NCBI GenBank assembly: GCA_013378385.1
Contig: JACAFS010000001.1
Coordinates: 1-32,000 of the forward strand
Direction: 5' to 3'
DNA from: Nitrososphaerota archaeon
Lineage (GTDB): Archaea > Thermoproteota > Nitrososphaeria > Nitrososphaerales > UBA57
Length of the DNA stretch: 32,000 nucleotides
Shown here: piece by piece, positions 8,274 to 16,885 of the stretch
How the letters are laid out: each line of letters begins with the position of its first letter
How positions within the stretch are numbered: the stretch's first letter is position 1
The notes under the pieces: model-generated
What the model saw: the letters and a program-made list of their open reading frames with translations, nothing else
The model's database searches: none
What the model was told of the DNA's origin: nothing
Program-made: the position numbers and the translations under genes

Positions 8274-9956
8274 ATGACAAAAAAATTTAAAGGAATTCTT
8301 GTTTCTCCTCAAACTGGAATCAAGGACGTACTGGAAATAATTAATCAAGCACCCCATAATAATCTGCCTTCTGGTATTGCATTGATTGTTGACGATTCTA
8401 ATTCCTTACTCGGTATTGTTACTGATGGAGATATAAGACGCGCATTACTTGAAAATCATAATCTAAGCGAAACAGTTGACGTTATTATGAATAAATCACC
8501 TCTTACTATTCATGAATCTGATTTTACCGATAAAACGAATACCTTATCGATTCATCCTGACAAACTGAAAACAATAGATCATAATATATTGATTGTGAAT
8601 GACAATAATCAAGTTGTTGATATTATAAACAAATCGCAATTAGTTCAAAAAAATACCCCTTCCATTGCTGTTATTGGTCTCGGATATGTCGGTTTAACTC
8701 TTGCAGTATCTCTTGCAGAGGTTGGTTTCACAGTAACTGGGGTAGATTCTAATGAAGAAATCGTCAAAAAATTAAATCAAGGAACTCCTCATATACACGA
8801 AATTGGCTTAGATTCTCTTTTAAAATTCCACGTTGGAAAAAACCTAAAAATCCAAACTACATCTTCTGAATCCAATTCTGACGTATACATTCTGTGTGTT
8901 CAGACTCCAATTGATGATAACAACGAACCAATTCTTGACTATCTTAATTCTGCCACTGAATACGTTGCAAATAATCTGTCTAAAAATAATCTCGTTATTA
9001 TTAGATCTACTGTTCCTATTGGAACTACTAGAAATAATATTATTCCAATTCTTGAGAACTCTTCTGGTTTAGATTCTAATAGTGATTTCTATGTCGCTTC
9101 AGCTCCTGAACGTACCCTTGCAGGTAAAGCATTAAAAGAAATTCGCGAATTACCACAGATTATTGCAGGATTTAATTCCACTAGTTCTCAACTTGCTAAT
9201 GGTATATTTAACAAATTGACCCCTACCATTATTAATGTCGACTCTCTTGAAGAAGCCGAACTGATTAAACTTATGGATAACACATTTCGTGATATGATTT
9301 TTGCTTATTCCAATCAAATTGCACTTCTTGCTGATAACTACGGTATTGATACGTCTAAATTAATTCAAGCTGCTAATGAAGGCTATCCTAGAAATAACAT
9401 ACCACAACCAAGTCCTGGTGTTGGCGGAATTTGTCTTAAAAAAGATCCACATATCTTAATTTCTAGTTCTAAAAATACTGGTTATATTCCAAAACTTACA
9501 GAACTTGCTAGACTTGTTAATGAAAGCATGTCCGATCACATCATCAAAAAAATCGAACGTTTTAGCAAATCACAAAATAAGGATGTTTCTAAATTGAAAA
9601 TCTTTGTTGTTGGTTTTGCATTTAAAGGAAACCCTGAAACTTCCGATACTCGTCAATCATCTACTCTTGATGTAACTAATAAGCTATCTAAGATTTCTAA
9701 TAATGTATTTGGTTATGATCCTGTAGTTACTGAAACCCAAATTGACTCCTTCAATGTCAAATCTACTAGTATTGAAGAAGGATTCAAAAACGCTGATTGT
9801 GTATTGATTATGAATAATCATGATTCTTATTCTAAATGGGATGTTTATTCTTTACTATCTAAAACAAATCAACCATGTATGTTCTTTGATGGTTGGAGTT
9901 TGTTTGGACGTAAAATGATTGAAAAAATAGAATATGTAGACTATCAAACAATTTAG
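8274..9956 (+). CDS. CBS-pair domain fused to an NDP-sugar 6-dehydrogenase (UDP-glucose/GDP-mannose dehydrogenase family)
   Basis: N-terminal ~125 aa carry two CBS-like motifs (GIALIVDDSNSLLGIVTDGDIRRALL; HNILIVNDNNQVVDIINKSQL). These are followed by IAVIGLGYVGLTLAVSLAEVGFTVTGVD, APERTLAGKALKE and catalytic-Cys GVGGICLKKDP. ATG 8274 preferred; TTG 8262 is possible. Confidence 0.85.
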   Translation: MTKKFKGILVSPQTGIKDVLEIINQAPHNNLPSGIALIVDDSNSLLGIVTDGDIRRALLENHNLSETVDVIMNKSPLTIHESDFTDKTNTLSIHPDKLKTIDHNILIVNDNNQVVDIINKSQLVQKNTPSIAVIGLGYVGLTLAVSLAEVGFTVTGVDSNEEIVKKLNQGTPHIHEIGLDSLLKFHVGKNLKIQTTSSESNSDVYILCVQTPIDDNNEPILDYLNSATEYVANNLSKNNLVIIRSTVPIGTTRNNIIPILENSSGLDSNSDFYVASAPERTLAGKALKEIRELPQIIAGFNSTSSQLANGIFNKLTPTIINVDSLEEAELIKLMDNTFRDMIFAYSNQIALLADNYGIDTSKLIQAANEGYPRNNIPQPSPGVGGICLKKDPHILISSSKNTGYIPKLTELARLVNESMSDHIIKKIERFSKSQNKDVSKLKIFVVGFAFKGNPETSDTRQSSTLDVTNKLSKISNNVFGYDPVVTETQIDSFNVKSTSIEEGFKNADCVLIMNNHDSYSKWDVYSLLSKTNQPCMFFDGWSLFGRKMIEKIEYVDYQTI

Positions 9957-10840
9957 TTTCTAGCTATTTCTCTTAATTCTAATATATTATTCATAAGGTC
10001 CTCATCTGAATAATTATGCCTCTTTTTATGCGCTTCAATAATTAAATGCGGTAGGTTTATTTTTTCTTTAATCTGTAAAAGTATTTCTTTTATTGGAATA
10101 TCTCCTTTGCCCACAAGTTTATGCAAATCTTCAGACCCGTCATTGTCATTAATATGTACCTCATTTACTTTATCCGCCAACGTCTTAATCATTACAGTAA
10201 TATAATCATCCTGTTTTAATTTCATTTTAGTATAGTAAAGATGCCCGATATTCATAATTACGCCTATTTCATCTGGTATTTTATCAAAATCTTCCACTCT
10301 TGAAAATAAATACCTTCTTTCAGGCCGAAAGTTAAAATTCTCTATACTTAATTTAACATCTCCGTCTGCTATGTCAATTAATCTATTCAGTGAGTCGATT
10401 GAATTATTGTATGCCTCTTCATAACTAATACTATCCTGTGAATCTAACGGAGCAAATTCCTGTTTTTGAGACAAAATGTTTGTTGCATAACCTCCATGAA
10501 ACGATATATTTTCCACTCCTATGTCTTTTGCAAATTCAATATTTTTCTCTATACAATTAATACTATTTTTTCTAACTTGTTCATCTGAACTTGCAATATT
10601 TATGTAGAAATCATCTGAAGGCAACCAAATACTCTGATGTATAGTGTAAATTACATCATTTTCATCTCTATAATTATTCAATATGTTAACTAATTCGTTA
10701 TATTTGGTATTGTTTTTTCCTGCTCCAATTTGAATATATGGCCGCATTTCACATCTCGTAAATATGTCGATTAATTTCTTTACTTTATTTTCAATTGATT
10801 CTCCATGATACCCATAATATGAAGTAGAAGCACCTATCAT
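9953..10840 (-). CDS. Xylose-isomerase-like TIM-barrel protein (sugar phosphate isomerase/epimerase family)
   Basis: 295 aa. Strand-end metal/catalytic-type motifs ISFHGG, LSIENFNF, MNIGHLYY, VHINDNDG, IIEAH. Confidence 0.65.
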   Translation of the reverse strand: MIGASTSYYGYHGESIENKVKKLIDIFTRCEMRPYIQIGAGKNNTKYNELVNILNNYRDENDVIYTIHQSIWLPSDDFYINIASSDEQVRKNSINCIEKNIEFAKDIGVENISFHGGYATNILSQKQEFAPLDSQDSISYEEAYNNSIDSLNRLIDIADGDVKLSIENFNFRPERRYLFSRVEDFDKIPDEIGVIMNIGHLYYTKMKLKQDDYITVMIKTLADKVNEVHINDNDGSEDLHKLVGKGDIPIKEILLQIKEKINLPHLIIEAHKKRHNYSDEDLMNNILELREIARN

Positions 10841-10892
10841 ACGTTATTATTAATAACAGGCTTATATTTTAGCAATTCAATTTTAAATTATA

Positions 10893-11834
10893 TTGACAAA
10901 AATTATTGCTGAACTTTGTCAAAATCATAATGGCGATGTAAATATTCTAAAAGATATGATCTGGCGTGCAGCTGACTCTGGCGCATCCCATGTTAAGATG
11001 CAAACAATTTTCTCCGAAGATTTGACTTTTCGAGAACGATTTGAAGAGGGCATCACTTCTAATGGTGTTGTTAAATCCATTAAGAGACCTTACTCGCCTG
11101 AGTTCGAAAGATTGAGTAAATTGGACCTTGAATTTGATACACACGCTCTGTTTATAGACGAATGTTCATCTGCCGGTGTAATTCCTCTTACTACTGTGTT
11201 TAATCGTAGTAGACTTGAATCTATTATTGAATTAGGTTTTAAAGAAATCAAAATTGCAAGTTATGATTGTGCAAGTTTTCCATTAATTAATGACTTGAAA
11301 AATAAATTTAATCACATTTACGTCTCAACAGGTGCGACTCATGATTCGGAAATTGAAACTACTGCAGATATACTTAGCGATCAAAACTTTTCATTTTTAC
11401 ACTGTGTTACAATTTATCCAACGCCAGTAGACAAACTAAATCTTAATCGAATTGACTATCTCCGTCAGTTTACTGATTCTGTAGGATTTAGCGATCATAC
11501 CCGTTCTAGTCAACATGGAATTGATCCAGATATCGTAGCACTGTGGAAAGACGCTGATGTAATCGAACGTCATTTTACTATACTTGATTCTTCACAAACA
11601 AAAGACGGCCCTGTTTCTGTTAATCCTGAACAATTGAAAAATATTGTTGACTATTCAAAGTATAACCATGACGAATTGTTTAAACTCGTAGAAAATATAC
11701 CTGACTATGATAAGATGTTGGGTTCAAAAACTCATTCTTTAAGTGAAGAAGAATTACTTAATCGAGATTATTATCGTGGGCGTTTTGCTTCTAAAATTAA
11801 TGGAAAAACTATATACAATTGGGAAGAAAGATAA
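10893..11834 (+). CDS. NeuB-family PEP-condensing ulosonic acid synthase homologue, apparently lacking the C-terminal SAF domain
   Basis: IIAELCQNHNGDVNILKDMIWRAADSGASHVKMQT matches the NeuB IIAEIGxNHNGdl...aGAdavKfQ pattern. Also KIASYDCASFPLI, YVSTGAT, LHCVTIYPTP, GFSDHT, VIERHFT. TTG start is required to keep the N-terminal motif. 313 aa. Confidence 0.8.
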   Translation: MTKIIAELCQNHNGDVNILKDMIWRAADSGASHVKMQTIFSEDLTFRERFEEGITSNGVVKSIKRPYSPEFERLSKLDLEFDTHALFIDECSSAGVIPLTTVFNRSRLESIIELGFKEIKIASYDCASFPLINDLKNKFNHIYVSTGATHDSEIETTADILSDQNFSFLHCVTIYPTPVDKLNLNRIDYLRQFTDSVGFSDHTRSSQHGIDPDIVALWKDADVIERHFTILDSSQTKDGPVSVNPEQLKNIVDYSKYNHDELFKLVENIPDYDKMLGSKTHSLSEEELLNRDYYRGRFASKINGKTIYNWEER

Positions 11835-11837
11835 TTC

Positions 11838-12530
11838 ATGGTTGATAAGCGCATTCTTGGTATTATTCCTGCTCGAGGAGGGTCAAAAACCATTCCTAGA
11901 AAAAATATTAAAAATATCTTGAATCGTCCTCTTATATCTTATACAATTGTCGAAGCATTAAAATCAAAAACTCTGTCTAATCTTATTGTATCTTCAGAAG
12001 ACGACGAAATTATTCGTATCTCTAAATCTTATGGCGCATCTGTTCCATTTATTCGTCCTGATTCATTGGCACAAGATGATTCATTAGCTATTGACGTTCT
12101 TACTCATGCAATACTGGAACTCGAGAAAAAAGAAAATATTACTTATGATGCAGTAGTAATGCTACAACCTACCACTCCCTTACGTACCGCAGACGATATT
12201 GATTATTGCATAACTAAATTGTTCGAATCTGATTATGATTCTGTTATTAGTGTTGTCGATGTTGGTGCCATACATCCTCATCGAATGAAAAAAATTGTTA
12301 ACGATGAATTAGTAGATTATGCAGATGAAACTGTAGAAAATATGCCAAGACAATCTCTTCCTTCTGTGTATATAAGAAACGGAGCAATTTATGCTACTAA
12401 ACGTGATATTCTCATAAATTCAAAATCACTCAAAGGAACTAAGAGTCATGCATATATTATGCCTCCTGAACGTTCACTAAATATCGATGAAAATCTTGAT
12501 CTCAGATTCACTGAACTACTAATGAAAGAC
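11838..12530 (+). other. Domain: CMP-sugar-acid synthetase (cytidylyltransferase) module of the fusion ORF
   Basis: Residues 1 to ~231; motifs as listed for the full ORF. The boundary is approximate. Confidence 0.7.
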
Positions 12531-13802
12531 TTTGATTGGTCACATATTAAAGAAATTAATTCTATTTCTGTACCTTGGAAATCTTGGTATGGTAATGAAT
12601 CATTAAATCTGACTTTTCCTGAATCTTGGAATATTAATATCTCTCAAATGAACGACGCATCAGCAATCTCTGACGAAGATATCTCGTCTTCAATTTCCAA
12701 TCCGATTAATTCAGAAAAATTATCTGTTCTTGCTAAACAAAAAAAATCTGTCTGTATTGCAGTTGATGATTTAACTAAACCTACTCAAGCCTTCAGAATT
12801 ATCCCTTTTATTTTAGACGAACTTCATCAGTCTGGCTTATCTGATGAAAATATCTATTTCATTATCAGTACAGGAACTCATAGATCTCTAACTCACGATG
12901 AATTGTGTAAGAAACTAGGAACAAAAATCGTTTCTAAATATAAAATATATTGCCATAGCGCTTATCAAAACAATAAATATCTAGGAGAAACATCTGCTGG
13001 CACTCCTGTATACATAGATAATTTATACCTTCAAGCAGATCTTAAAATTGGAATTGGGACTTTAATGCCACATCCATATGCTGGTTTTAGCGGTGGTGGA
13101 AAAATAGTATTACCTGGTCTTGCAGGCATCGAATCTATTGACGTAAATCATAAACCTGTCAATAAATCTCTTCAAGGTAAAATTGGACAAGTTGAAAACA
13201 ATAGCAGAAGAGCTGACATAGAAGAGGCAGCAAATATGGCTGGGTTGGATTTCATTGTTAACACTATTTCTAATTCTCTTGGCGATACTGCTTCTATATA
13301 TTCAGGAAATCCTGTCGATGTATTCTCCACTGCCTCAAAGAAAGCTATTGAAGTTTATTCCACAAAGGTTCCGTACAACATAGACATTGGAGTTTTCAAT
13401 GCTTTTCCTCGCGACACATGGTTCTTACTTGCATTAAATTCACTCAATGTATGGGGTTCTCGAGATTCAGATAAAGAAATTGTCAGAAAAGGCGGTACAA
13501 TTGTCGTAATCACATCTGCATCTGAAGGAATTGGCGAACATGGATTAGTAGGTAAAGGAATGATTCACCATATTCGTAGAGATAAACATGGAACATTTGG
13601 CGGTCCACTTCAAGGTCGAAATCTTATATTCTATTGTCCTACAATTAATCAAAATTATATCTACGATCATTATTCAGAGGAAGTTAAAATTTTCAATAAC
13701 TGGGATTTACTCATTCGTGAATTACAAAAACAGCATGGAAATGACACTGACGCAGTAGTATTTCCTAATAGTTCTCTACAAATTGATTCAAATCTGGTTT
13801 AA
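11838..13802 (+). CDS. Fusion protein: NeuA-type acylneuraminate/ulosonate cytidylyltransferase domain + LarA-type (nickel-pincer nucleotide) racemase/epimerase domain
   Basis: Uninterrupted 654 codons. The N-terminal domain has GIIPARGGSKTIPRKNI, MLQPTTPLRT, IRNGAIYA. The C-terminal domain has NPINSEKL, CIAVDDLTKP, STGTHRSLTHDEL, PHPYAGFSGGGKIVLPG, VNH, GGTIVVITSASEGIGEHG, matching LarA as I recall it. Confidence 0.8.
   Translation: MVDKRILGIIPARGGSKTIPRKNIKNILNRPLISYTIVEALKSKTLSNLIVSSEDDEIIRISKSYGASVPFIRPDSLAQDDSLAIDVLTHAILELEKKENITYDAVVMLQPTTPLRTADDIDYCITKLFESDYDSVISVVDVGAIHPHRMKKIVNDELVDYADETVENMPRQSLPSVYIRNGAIYATKRDILINSKSLKGTKSHAYIMPPERSLNIDENLDLRFTELLMKDFDWSHIKEINSISVPWKSWYGNESLNLTFPESWNINISQMNDASAISDEDISSSISNPINSEKLSVLAKQKKSVCIAVDDLTKPTQAFRIIPFILDELHQSGLSDENIYFIISTGTHRSLTHDELCKKLGTKIVSKYKIYCHSAYQNNKYLGETSAGTPVYIDNLYLQADLKIGIGTLMPHPYAGFSGGGKIVLPGLAGIESIDVNHKPVNKSLQGKIGQVENNSRRADIEEAANMAGLDFIVNTISNSLGDTASIYSGNPVDVFSTASKKAIEVYSTKVPYNIDIGVFNAFPRDTWFLLALNSLNVWGSRDSDKEIVRKGGTIVVITSASEGIGEHGLVGKGMIHHIRRDKHGTFGGPLQGRNLIFYCPTINQNYIYDHYSEEVKIFNNWDLLIRELQKQHGNDTDAVVFPNSSLQIDSNLV
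12565..13799 (+). other. Domain: LarA-like (lactate racemase family) module of the fusion ORF
   Basis: Residues ~243-654. Equivalents of LarA His108 (THR, nt 12867-12884), His174 and Lys184 (PHPYAGFSGGGK, nt 13068-13103) and His200 (VNH). The boundary is approximate. Confidence 0.7.
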
Positions 13803-14917
13803 CTAATTTGTATCTGCCCTAAATTTTCCTTAATCTTTCTCATAAATGCATCCCAACTAAATTCCTCCACTGCTCTGTTTCTCGCTGACATGCCCATTTT
13901 CATTCTCTTTTGATTATTTTCTAGCAGATCAAATATCTTATTCTCCCATTGATCTAAATCATCTTGTAACAAGTATCCCGTTATATCGTTAATTATAGTT
14001 TCTTTTGGCCCGCCTGTATTGAATGCAATTACCGGTTTTCCACATGCCATTGCTTCAATTGGCGCAATTCCGAAGTGTTCTTCTTTGGGCGTATATAAAA
14101 ATACACTACAATTCTTATATGAGTTCACTAATTCTGAATCTGTTACATCTGTATGAATCTCTACATTATCGATTAAATCTAATTCTTTAATTTTCTTATT
14201 TAATTCATCTAAATGCCATTCAAATCCTGGTTGTTTTACTCCGATAATGATTAATTTTATTTTGTTATTTCTTCTCTTCATCTTTTTAATTAATTCTATT
14301 GAGAATGTAAGATTCTTATTTGGAACAATTCTATTTACTGTCAGAATATATTTATTATCTGTTTCATTTAGTGTGAATTTATTTATATCAACTCCTGGAA
14401 AGATAATTGTACTATTTCTGTTAAATTTCTCATGTATTGCACTTTTTGTAAAATCAGAATTGCATAATATTGAATTTGTTTCTTTGAATCCTTTATTCTC
14501 TTCTCGATCTATTGGAAAATGTAATAATCTTCTGATTAAATCACTTTTTTTAACTAATAATTGTTCTGGATGATGACAATATATCATTGATGGTTTGTAT
14601 TTGTCTGCCAGATAGTAATTCGAACTAAACACAAATAAATCAGGTTTAAATTTATCAATTCCAGCTTTCATCATCTCCTTACTTTCTCGGTATGCAGTTA
14701 TTGCTCTAAATCTTCCAAAATAATCTAGTTTTCCATTACTAACTATGACATTTTCTTTTCTAAAATCTTCAAAAGCCTTTTCTTCATCGTAAATAGCAGT
14801 AAAATAAGCAACTTCATGACCTAGTTTCTTTAATGAATCTCCCATTCCTAGCACTAATCTTTGCGCACCAGTCTGCATAGATATATCATAATGTATTATT
14901 GCTATTTTCATAATCAT
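13799..14917 (-). CDS. Glycosyltransferase, GT4-like (GT-B fold)
   Basis: E-x7-E region EEHFGIAPIEAMACGKPVIAFNTGGPKETI. 372 aa. ATG overlaps the upstream gene's stop as ATGA. Confidence 0.85.
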   Translation of the reverse strand: MIMKIAIIHYDISMQTGAQRLVLGMGDSLKKLGHEVAYFTAIYDEEKAFEDFRKENVIVSNGKLDYFGRFRAITAYRESKEMMKAGIDKFKPDLFVFSSNYYLADKYKPSMIYCHHPEQLLVKKSDLIRRLLHFPIDREENKGFKETNSILCNSDFTKSAIHEKFNRNSTIIFPGVDINKFTLNETDNKYILTVNRIVPNKNLTFSIELIKKMKRRNNKIKLIIIGVKQPGFEWHLDELNKKIKELDLIDNVEIHTDVTDSELVNSYKNCSVFLYTPKEEHFGIAPIEAMACGKPVIAFNTGGPKETIINDITGYLLQDDLDQWENKIFDLLENNQKRMKMGMSARNRAVEEFSWDAFMRKIKENLGQIQIS

Positions 14918-15816
14918 TCTACTTGTTTTCTATATATGTTTAATAGTTTCTCAATTACTTTCTTCCTGTCATGATTATCAATTATGAATTGCCTATTCTC
15001 TTTTGATTCCTTTTTTCTTTCAATTTCATCTAACAATTCAATTACTCGCTCATTTACATTTTCTTTATGTCTGTAATCTATAGTTACCAGACCACAGGCC
15101 ATGGCTTCTAAACATGTTTTACTGTATGACGATACTCCTTTCGTAAATATTCTATCAATATATATATCATATTCCTTCAAATTTTCATGCAATTCTAGAT
15201 ATGAAAATGGTCTTCTGTCATGTATGTCTACTTTAATGCCATTCTTTTCCATAAGTTCAATTAAATACTTTGGCACTCTTTCATACCATGAATTAAATCC
15301 AATTGCTTTTAATTGAGCATTTTGTTTTACCTTCGGACAAAATCTAGTTGTATCTATTGGATTAGGTAAATACTCTGCATCTTGTCTAATTGTTTTTGCT
15401 AATTTCAACATTTCTGGCGTTGATACAATCACTGAATTCGCATATTTCAAATTTCCTTCAATAATTTTACTCCATCTTGTTAAGTCTTTACTATTTTTTT
15501 TAAACTCTTCATCATACAATCCAAATAAATCTGTTCCATGACAATGCAATACATTAATTTCTTTCTTAATTAATCGTACAAAAAATGCATCTTGTAATGC
15601 ATAATTCACGTGTATTATTCCTTTCGCTTTAATCGCATTTACAAAAGGATTTATGATTTTCCCATACACTGAGTATAGTGCATTCGTATTTACATTTGGA
15701 CCTGCATAATTTCTCGGTAAATATTTAACATCCATATTTACCTCTCTGAGTCCATTTGCTAATTCATAACCTACCCAAGCTGCATCATTCAGAATTGTTA
15801 CTTGATTGTTGTTCAA
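14914..15816 (-). CDS. Glycosyltransferase-like protein (short GT-B)
   Basis: 300 aa. KTCLEAMACGLVTID resembles the GT-B C-terminal helix motif. Translationally coupled to the GT4 gene. TTG start. Confidence 0.5.
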   Translation of the reverse strand: MNNNQVTILNDAAWVGYELANGLREVNMDVKYLPRNYAGPNVNTNALYSVYGKIINPFVNAIKAKGIIHVNYALQDAFFVRLIKKEINVLHCHGTDLFGLYDEEFKKNSKDLTRWSKIIEGNLKYANSVIVSTPEMLKLAKTIRQDAEYLPNPIDTTRFCPKVKQNAQLKAIGFNSWYERVPKYLIELMEKNGIKVDIHDRRPFSYLELHENLKEYDIYIDRIFTKGVSSYSKTCLEAMACGLVTIDYRHKENVNERVIELLDEIERKKESKENRQFIIDNHDRKKVIEKLLNIYRKQVE

Positions 15817-15868
15817 TATAGATTATTTACAGATATTCTTTATAACATCTACCAATATTGCTGTTTGT

Positions 15869-16843
15869 TTATTCTAATAATTTTTTAAACCATGAAATTG
15901 TTATGTCTAAACCTTTATCGATACTATATGTTGGTTTCCATTTTAACAATTTCTCTGTTTTACTACAGTCAGCTTCTAATCTTTCTAAATCTGCCGCCCT
16001 TTCTGATTCATAAACTAGTTCAGACGAAGACCCTGATATGTCCCTAATCTTCTTTGCAAGATCTAATATGCTTGTTTGAATACCTGTTCCTATATTGAAT
16101 ACTTCTCCTTGTGTTTTTTCCCTTTCTTTCATTACTCTTACATATGCTTCTACTGCGTCTTTTACATACATCAAATCTCTAGTTTGTTTCCCATTTCCAT
16201 GAATCTTGATATTCTCATTTTTTATCGCTCTAGTTGCAAATTCTGGCACTACTGCTGCATATCCTCTATATGAATTACTCTGATTTTCACCATACGTATT
16301 GAAATTTCTAATTACTGAAACTGGATATTTATACCATTCATGTAATACCATGCATTGTTTTTCTGCAGCCAATTTTGTTGCCGCATAAAAACTTCTAGGA
16401 CGACAAGGATGATCCGTATCCATTGGAGTATATACAGGATTGCCATATACTTCTGGCGAAGATGCATAAATTAGAAATGGTTTACTTTTAGTTTTTAATA
16501 ATTCTTGACATAGACTAAACGTTCCTTTTTCATTTGATTCAAAATATTCCATTGGCTTCTGCATTGATTCTGGAATTGATACTAATGCGGCCAGATGAAT
16601 TATCGTGTCAATTCCTGCTTCGTCAATTTTTTCCGATTTTAAATCTCTGTAGTCCATCTCCCAATTTACAAACCTCTCATTAAACTTCTCTTTGTCTTCA
16701 ATTATATCAAACGGATCTACTGGAAAATCTTCTAATCTATGTAGATTGTCTACTCCATATATTTCTGCATCGGTTTCCTTTAATAATAAATCAATTAAAT
16801 GCGAACCATAAAAACCTGAAGAACCTGTAACTAATATTTTCAT
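15869..16843 (-). CDS. NAD-dependent NDP-sugar epimerase/dehydratase (extended SDR)
   Basis: MKILVTGSSGFYGSHL (GxxGxxG), SSPEVYG, YAATKLAAE (YxxxK). 324 aa. Confidence 0.85.
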   Translation of the reverse strand: MKILVTGSSGFYGSHLIDLLLKETDAEIYGVDNLHRLEDFPVDPFDIIEDKEKFNERFVNWEMDYRDLKSEKIDEAGIDTIIHLAALVSIPESMQKPMEYFESNEKGTFSLCQELLKTKSKPFLIYASSPEVYGNPVYTPMDTDHPCRPRSFYAATKLAAEKQCMVLHEWYKYPVSVIRNFNTYGENQSNSYRGYAAVVPEFATRAIKNENIKIHGNGKQTRDLMYVKDAVEAYVRVMKEREKTQGEVFNIGTGIQTSILDLAKKIRDISGSSSELVYESERAADLERLEADCSKTEKLLKWKPTYSIDKGLDITISWFKKLLE

Positions 16844-16885
16844 TTTATTACTCTACTTCTTCATACATAATAAATTCTTTTCTAA

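Noticed and set aside
14247-14573. 108-aa plus-strand ORF antisense to the GT4 gene
   Set aside because: It is a shadow ORF. The composition (F/L/I/S/N-rich) is typical of the antisense frame of AT-rich coding DNA, with no motifs. The GT4 gene on the other strand has clear signatures.
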